Below are positions 6,799 through 10,756 of a stretch of DNA of 10,756 nucleotides, one piece after another (position 1 is the stretch's first letter; each line of letters starts with the position of its first letter). The notes beneath the pieces are model-generated. The model saw only the letters and a program-made list of their open reading frames with translations. It was not told the DNA's origin and did not search any database. The DNA is from an uncultured archaeon (GTDB lineage: Archaea; Asgardarchaeota; Heimdallarchaeia; Heimdallarchaeales; Heimdallarchaeaceae), in assembly GCA_964549075.1 (NCBI GenBank), contig CAZJUB010000041.1:1-10756 (forward strand), written 5' to 3'. The position numbers were made by a program, and so were the translations under genes.

Positions 6799-8033
6799 TG
6801 GCTGAAAGAGCTGATTTGAGAAATAGAATCAATGTTATGTTGTTTCACTTCGACCAAAGACTGGGTCCAAGGTTATTATTCAATGTGGCAGAAATTCAAG
6901 ATACTCGAATTACAGCTTCTTTAACTAGACTTATGGATTTCAATTTTCTCGAGGAGAATAAAGCTTTCGTAAATGCAATGGCAAATGTTGTATATTCAAG
7001 TATGTTCTTTTCAATTCCCAATCCAATTGCAAGGGGAGGAGTGGAGCAGTTCATGCTTTCTTTTGTCATCTTTGATCCCACAATTACAGAATACCTTACT
7101 ATCTCTTCTTTAGAAGAAGAAATGTCAAAAGTAATTAGCAAACTTGTTCTCCTTTCTGAGATGTTTATAATTATAACTTATACCAATCCAGTGTTGGAAG
7201 ATTTTCCTGAAGTTGAAAATCTGCTGAAATCATTAAAAGACAATACTATCAGTATTTTTCAAGAAGTCTTTATTGGACAGATGGAGGGAACTAAAGATGC
7301 CATTTCCCAAGTTTTAGGAAAAATTGGTTTTGAAGCAGGAAAGCAAATTGCTCAAGATCTTAGAGTTGATGAGGAAGGTTCAGTTAGATCTTACACTGCT
7401 GCTTTAACTAATTCTCCAATTCTTAAAAGATGGGGAAATATTAACATTCTCCATTTTGATCCAGGAGAAAAAGTAGCTACAGTCTCAATTGACAGCTCAA
7501 TTTGGACTGAATCATTAGGAGTTATTGCCACAAAAACTTGTGCATTCATAGAGGGAATGTTAGAAGCAATATTTAGTAAAATCTTAGATGAACCCATTAT
7601 TTGTGATGAAATGAGATGTGCATCAGAGTACAGTTATGTGAAAGATTGTATATTCCAGATTGCTCCAGGAGGGAACAACAGAGAGATAAGGTCTTACAAG
7701 GAAGATCAGACAATAAAAGATATGGGGATGAAAGAAAGAGGAAAAACAATAGATGCCATTCATGCTGATATTGGAGAACAATTCTATTATGATTTAGATC
7801 CTATGATTAAGTTAATACAACTTTTCAACAAAGCTCCCTTTATTTCAGACCATTTCATAGAGCAGTCTGAAGAAGAAGTAAAGTTCCTTGTAGTATGTAA
7901 TTACTGGCGTTATCCTAATGAAATTATGTGTAATAGCTGTGAGAAATGGATAAGAAAAACTAGCAAAGTTCCAGTTAATCTACTCAAAAGTAAACACAGA
8001 ATATGCGAAATAACGTACGAAGCAGAGGATTAA
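6798..8033 (+). CDS. Multidomain protein: N-terminal uDENN/longin (folliculin/SMCR8-like) domain, V4R domain and C-terminal Cys4 V4R-like domain
   Basis: N-terminal VMLFHFDQRLGPRL and FFSIPNPIARGGVEQFMLSFV. Central GFEAGKQIA..RWG..C248..FIEGMLEAIFS..E271xxC274..C284. C-terminal C367, C378, C381, C403. The start overlaps the upstream stop (TAATG). Confidence 0.75.
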   Translation: MAERADLRNRINVMLFHFDQRLGPRLLFNVAEIQDTRITASLTRLMDFNFLEENKAFVNAMANVVYSSMFFSIPNPIARGGVEQFMLSFVIFDPTITEYLTISSLEEEMSKVISKLVLLSEMFIIITYTNPVLEDFPEVENLLKSLKDNTISIFQEVFIGQMEGTKDAISQVLGKIGFEAGKQIAQDLRVDEEGSVRSYTAALTNSPILKRWGNINILHFDPGEKVATVSIDSSIWTESLGVIATKTCAFIEGMLEAIFSKILDEPIICDEMRCASEYSYVKDCIFQIAPGGNNREIRSYKEDQTIKDMGMKERGKTIDAIHADIGEQFYYDLDPMIKLIQLFNKAPFISDHFIEQSEEEVKFLVVCNYWRYPNEIMCNSCEKWIRKTSKVPVNLLKSKHRICEITYEAED

Positions 8034-8041
8034 TCTTGGTT

Positions 8042-8314
8042 CTATCTAGTATCAAAAAAAATTTTGAGTTTAGTCTGAACAACTTTTGTTTCCACTTTTT
8101 TCCGAATACTTTTACCAGATTTATATTGATTTACCCACCAGGTTTTTATTCTAAGATCCTTTCCAACAGCGCTTTTAGGTATCCAAACAGGTTCTAATGT
8201 TAAACCATCAACTATGCCATAAAAGGATTTTATAGAATCGACAAACAGATAATCTATCCTGTAGTCTGATAATTCTTCCTCTTCTCTTATTTGATGAATA
8301 ATTTGCGACATCAT
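8042..8314 (-). CDS. Hypothetical 90-aa protein with WxPKS motif and C-terminal PIP box
   Basis: ATGA overlap with the upstream TPR gene; VWIPKSAV...KTWW core; QTKLKIFF at 8054-8077. Confidence 0.75.
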   Translation of the reverse strand: MMSQIIHQIREEEELSDYRIDYLFVDSIKSFYGIVDGLTLEPVWIPKSAVGKDLRIKTWWVNQYKSGKSIRKKVETKVVQTKLKIFFDTR

Positions 8315-8763
8315 AGTTTCTCCAGTAATCTTCGAGTAAAGTCAATAATGAGCAATTCATCACAGCTATATGTTTGAAGGAATCTTTCTGCCCTATTCAA
8401 CCATAATTTAAGAATTTCTTTATCTGGATTGTCCATAGAAGCTAAAGTAAAAAGAACCTTAGAAGGTAGACGTGGAGCTAAATCTGGATTGGAATTTGTT
8501 TCCCATGCAAGAGAAAAATAACCTAAAGCGATATCTAATTCATCACGAATTAAGTGTAAATTACCTAAGTAGAAATAGGTCAGATTAGATGACAAATCTG
8601 AGAGAGATAGTTCTTGAAAGAAACGTATGGCAGAATCGATTTTTCCTTGTTGAATCAGGTTGAGACCTATAGTGAGGAGTTGGTTATATTCAAAATCAAA
8701 TAAAGGAGAGGAATTGTGTTTCTTTTCTTTTTTTGATTCTAAAGTCAACATGATTACTTTCAT
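8311..8763 (-). CDS. Tetratricopeptide-repeat-like protein; start probably ATG 8763 (or 8751) rather than TTG 8799
   Basis: TPR-like helices LLTIGLNLIQQGKIDSAIRFFQE and TYFYLGNLHLIRDELDIALGYFSLAWE. A minus-strand TTTTATAC at 8783-8790 lies inside the called 5' extension and fits a promoter for the downstream ATGs. Confidence 0.75.
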   Translation of the reverse strand: MKVIMLTLESKKEKKHNSSPLFDFEYNQLLTIGLNLIQQGKIDSAIRFFQELSLSDLSSNLTYFYLGNLHLIRDELDIALGYFSLAWETNSNPDLAPRLPSKVLFTLASMDNPDKEILKLWLNRAERFLQTYSCDELLIIDFTRRLLEKL

Positions 8764-8853
8764 TAAAGAGTCTAGTAAAATAGTATAAAAACCCAACAAG
8801 AATCGCAGGACAATCTTTTGTTAATTAAGTTTGTTTTTGAAGAAAAATCACAT

Positions 8854-8869
8854 CGTAAAAACTTATAAT
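8854..8869 (+). promoter_or_regulatory. BRE + TATA promoter of the first DUF1624 gene
   Basis: cgtaaaaa-cTTATAAt ends 25 nt upstream of ATG 8895. Confidence 0.55.
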
Positions 8870-8894
8870 CTACACGTTAAAACTGTCTCTATCA

Positions 8895-10427
8895 ATGAAA
8901 AGAATAGTCACTATAGATGTCCTTAGAGGAGTTGCTATTTTCCTCATGACCATTTTTCATACTTGGACAAATGTAGTTGACTTAAGTCCTTACTTTAATG
9001 CGGATATATCTACATTGAATCCACTTATTTTAATCCCTGGAGCAATCTTTTACATACTAGGACATTCCCGAACATTTTTTCTCTTTATATCGGCAATAAT
9101 TCACCAATACAATTTCATGAAGAAATTAGAAAGAGGAGATAATCCAGAAAAACTCCTATCAACGAATATTTTCAAAGGTTTTGTTGTTTATTTATTAGGA
9201 ATAATTAGAGAAGGATTTCTCAGCCCTTGGGGAACAATCAACGACCTTATCTTAACAGGTAAAATTAGAGCGACCGATTTAAGGTTAGCTTATCTTTTTG
9301 AAACATTACAAATAATTGGATTATCTATTATAGCATTAACTATAACAAGTTATATTTTCTTTAAATTAGGAATACATAATAAATCGTGGATTTTCTTCAT
9401 CTATTCAGCTGTATTGGCAGCTATTTTTATCTTTTCTGCACCATATCTTCATCAAGCAATAGTCGATTATCTAGGTTATGACATACGAAAACAAGGATCG
9501 CATGCAAGAGATTTTCAAAACGTTTCTGAATACTTTACGCGTTTCTTCTGGATGTCAATGGCTGGTCCTGAAAGTCCAATTTTTCCAAATTTCGGAGTGA
9601 CTTTCATAGGAGGAATCTTTGGTTACTTTTTAGCTAAACCTAAACCTTCTAGAAAAATCTTAGACTATGGAGCAATTGCAGCTACTATGCTTTTGATTGG
9701 TGGAATTTTGATGTTTATTTATGTCTATGATGCTCAATTTAACATCAACATGCGTATTCATGAAACCTGGTATATGCTAGCAAATATGGGTTTGCAGATT
9801 TTTTATTTAATTACGCTTTTAGCTATATTTGAATTTAGGCCAAAGGCAGATTTAGAGAAATATGCACGTCGAACACGATTTATACGTAGATGGTCTATAG
9901 TAGCTTTGACAATCTATATGATACAGTTTGTAGATGTCTTTATGCGTATTTATTGCACAAGAACTGTTGGTTTTAATTTTACAATTTGGCACAATATAGG
10001 AAGAGGTTGGTCAATCGTAGGGCAACCAATACAACCTCCGTTGTATGGAGGATATTTCATAATCAATTTTATAACTAGGCATCAAGTAGGTATGGCTTGG
10101 TCTATATTCATGATGATAGTTGTAGCAGTAGGTTTTGATATTATCATTCGCTTATGGGAGAAAATCAGATTTATTGGAACTTGGGAATGGTTTTTGATTA
10201 AATTCATACGATTGGTTGCAGGTAAGAAGAACTATGATTCAGCTAGAATAAAAGTTCAAGAATCTCTTTACGATTTAGAACCTATCTCCTTTGCGTTACC
10301 AAGAAAAAAGAGGTTACAGAAGTTATTTAAAAAACTGATAAAAAAATTAAAACAGAAAATGCAAAAGCCAATAAAGATAGTAAAACAATGGTTAATGAAA
10401 TTAAAATTAAAAATAAAGAAAAAATAA
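8895..10427 (+). CDS. DUF1624 / heparan-alpha-glucosaminide N-acetyltransferase (HGSNAT)-like polytopic membrane acyltransferase
   Basis: N-terminal signature KRIVTIDVLRGVAIFLMTIFH; FFLFISA; ETLQIIG; PIFPNFG; ALTIYMIQ; GTWEW; many hydrophobic helices. The last ~40 aa may be out of frame. Confidence 0.85.
   Translation: MKRIVTIDVLRGVAIFLMTIFHTWTNVVDLSPYFNADISTLNPLILIPGAIFYILGHSRTFFLFISAIIHQYNFMKKLERGDNPEKLLSTNIFKGFVVYLLGIIREGFLSPWGTINDLILTGKIRATDLRLAYLFETLQIIGLSIIALTITSYIFFKLGIHNKSWIFFIYSAVLAAIFIFSAPYLHQAIVDYLGYDIRKQGSHARDFQNVSEYFTRFFWMSMAGPESPIFPNFGVTFIGGIFGYFLAKPKPSRKILDYGAIAATMLLIGGILMFIYVYDAQFNINMRIHETWYMLANMGLQIFYLITLLAIFEFRPKADLEKYARRTRFIRRWSIVALTIYMIQFVDVFMRIYCTRTVGFNFTIWHNIGRGWSIVGQPIQPPLYGGYFIINFITRHQVGMAWSIFMMIVVAVGFDIIIRLWEKIRFIGTWEWFLIKFIRLVAGKKNYDSARIKVQESLYDLEPISFALPRKKRLQKLFKKLIKKLKQKMQKPIKIVKQWLMKLKLKIKKK
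9975..10106 (+). repeat. Degenerate in-frame internal duplication with a 90-nt period in the DUF1624 gene
   Basis: 9975-10016 (NFTIWHNIGRGWSI) versus 10065-10106 (NFITRHQVGMAWSI): 29/42 nt identical by hand count. Confidence 0.7.
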
Positions 10428-10454
10428 GTTTATGTTAAAGAAATTATATCTATC

Positions 10455-10473
10455 TCTAAAAATTTTTATAAAA
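10455..10473 (+). promoter_or_regulatory. Putative BRE/TATA promoter of the second DUF1624 gene
   Basis: tctaaaaa-tTTTTATAAAA lies about 22-40 nt upstream of ATG 10495. Confidence 0.5.
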
Positions 10474-10494
10474 GACTTCAAATGAAATCTCCAT

Positions 10495-10756
10495 ATGAGA
10501 AGATTAACATCTATTGATTTTTTACGAGGAATAGCTATATTCTTCACTCTTGTTTTTCATTTCCTCTTTACCAACTGGGATGCATTTGCTAATACTAATA
10601 TCGATGTGATTCTAAACAAAGGAGGAGTTCCTCTACTTATTGTTGCGATACTTATAGCTATATTTATCCATTGGAGAGGATTTTTCCTGATGATATCAGC
10701 CATTGTCAACTTCTATGCAATGGAAAGAGCATTGAAAAAAGGCAAGAATATCTGGG
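10495..10756 (+). CDS. Second DUF1624/HGSNAT-like membrane protein, 3'-truncated by the window edge (not in the ORF track)
   Basis: Hand translation gives MRRLTSIDFLRGIAIFFTLVFHFLFTNWDAF...IFIHWRGFFLMISAIVNFYAMERALKKGKNIW, colinear with the N-terminus of 8895..10427 (RIVTIDVLRGVAIF..FH; HSRTFFLFISAI; MKKLERG). Confidence 0.9.
   Translation, partial: MRRLTSIDFLRGIAIFFTLVFHFLFTNWDAFANTNIDVILNKGGVPLLIVAILIAIFIHWRGFFLMISAIVNFYAMERALKKGKNIW

Noticed and set aside
6896-7597. Two minus-strand ORFs (6896-7141 and 7391-7597)
   Set aside because: Antisense shadows of the longin-V4R gene.
8003-8197. 64-aa plus-strand ORF
   Set aside because: Overlaps the end of one gene and is antisense to the better-supported PIP-box gene.
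8764-8799. TTG-initiated N-terminal extension of the TPR gene
   Set aside because: It contains a TATA-like element positioned for ATG 8763/8751, so it is more likely promoter than coding.
1-10756. CRISPR arrays, tRNA/rRNA, IS elements, DGR template/variable repeats
   Set aside because: No regularly spaced repeats, GC-rich structured RNA segments, transposase or reverse transcriptase were seen. The 90-nt-period repeat differs at all base types, not only adenines, so it is not DGR-like. Intergenic gaps are short and AT-rich.

Overview
AT-rich, gene-dense archaeal chromosomal segment, most likely from an Asgard archaeon. That assignment is an inference from a group II chaperonin, RadA, ribosomal protein eS25, archaeal BRE/TATA promoters, a folliculin/SMCR8-like longin domain and tandem DUF1624 paralogs. 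In order, the window holds: the 3' part of a thermosome subunit, a single-HEAT-repeat microprotein, a flavodiiron protein (FprA), a divergent RadA paralog, rps25e, a URO-D/MtaA-like enzyme plus a membrane protein, a translationally coupled pair (degenerate MfnF-like actin-fold protein and a uDENN/longin-V4R fusion), a coupled minus-strand pair (TPR-like protein and a 90-aa protein ending in a canonical PCNA-binding PIP box), and two DUF1624/HGSNAT-like membrane proteins. The second DUF1624 gene is truncated by the window end and absent from the ORF track. I saw no rRNA, tRNA, CRISPR array or transposase. The best candidates for novel systems are the pseudo-MfnF plus FLCN-like longin-V4R pair (putative metabolite-sensing module) and the TPR plus PIP-box microprotein pair. 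All family calls come from motif recognition by eye, not database searches.
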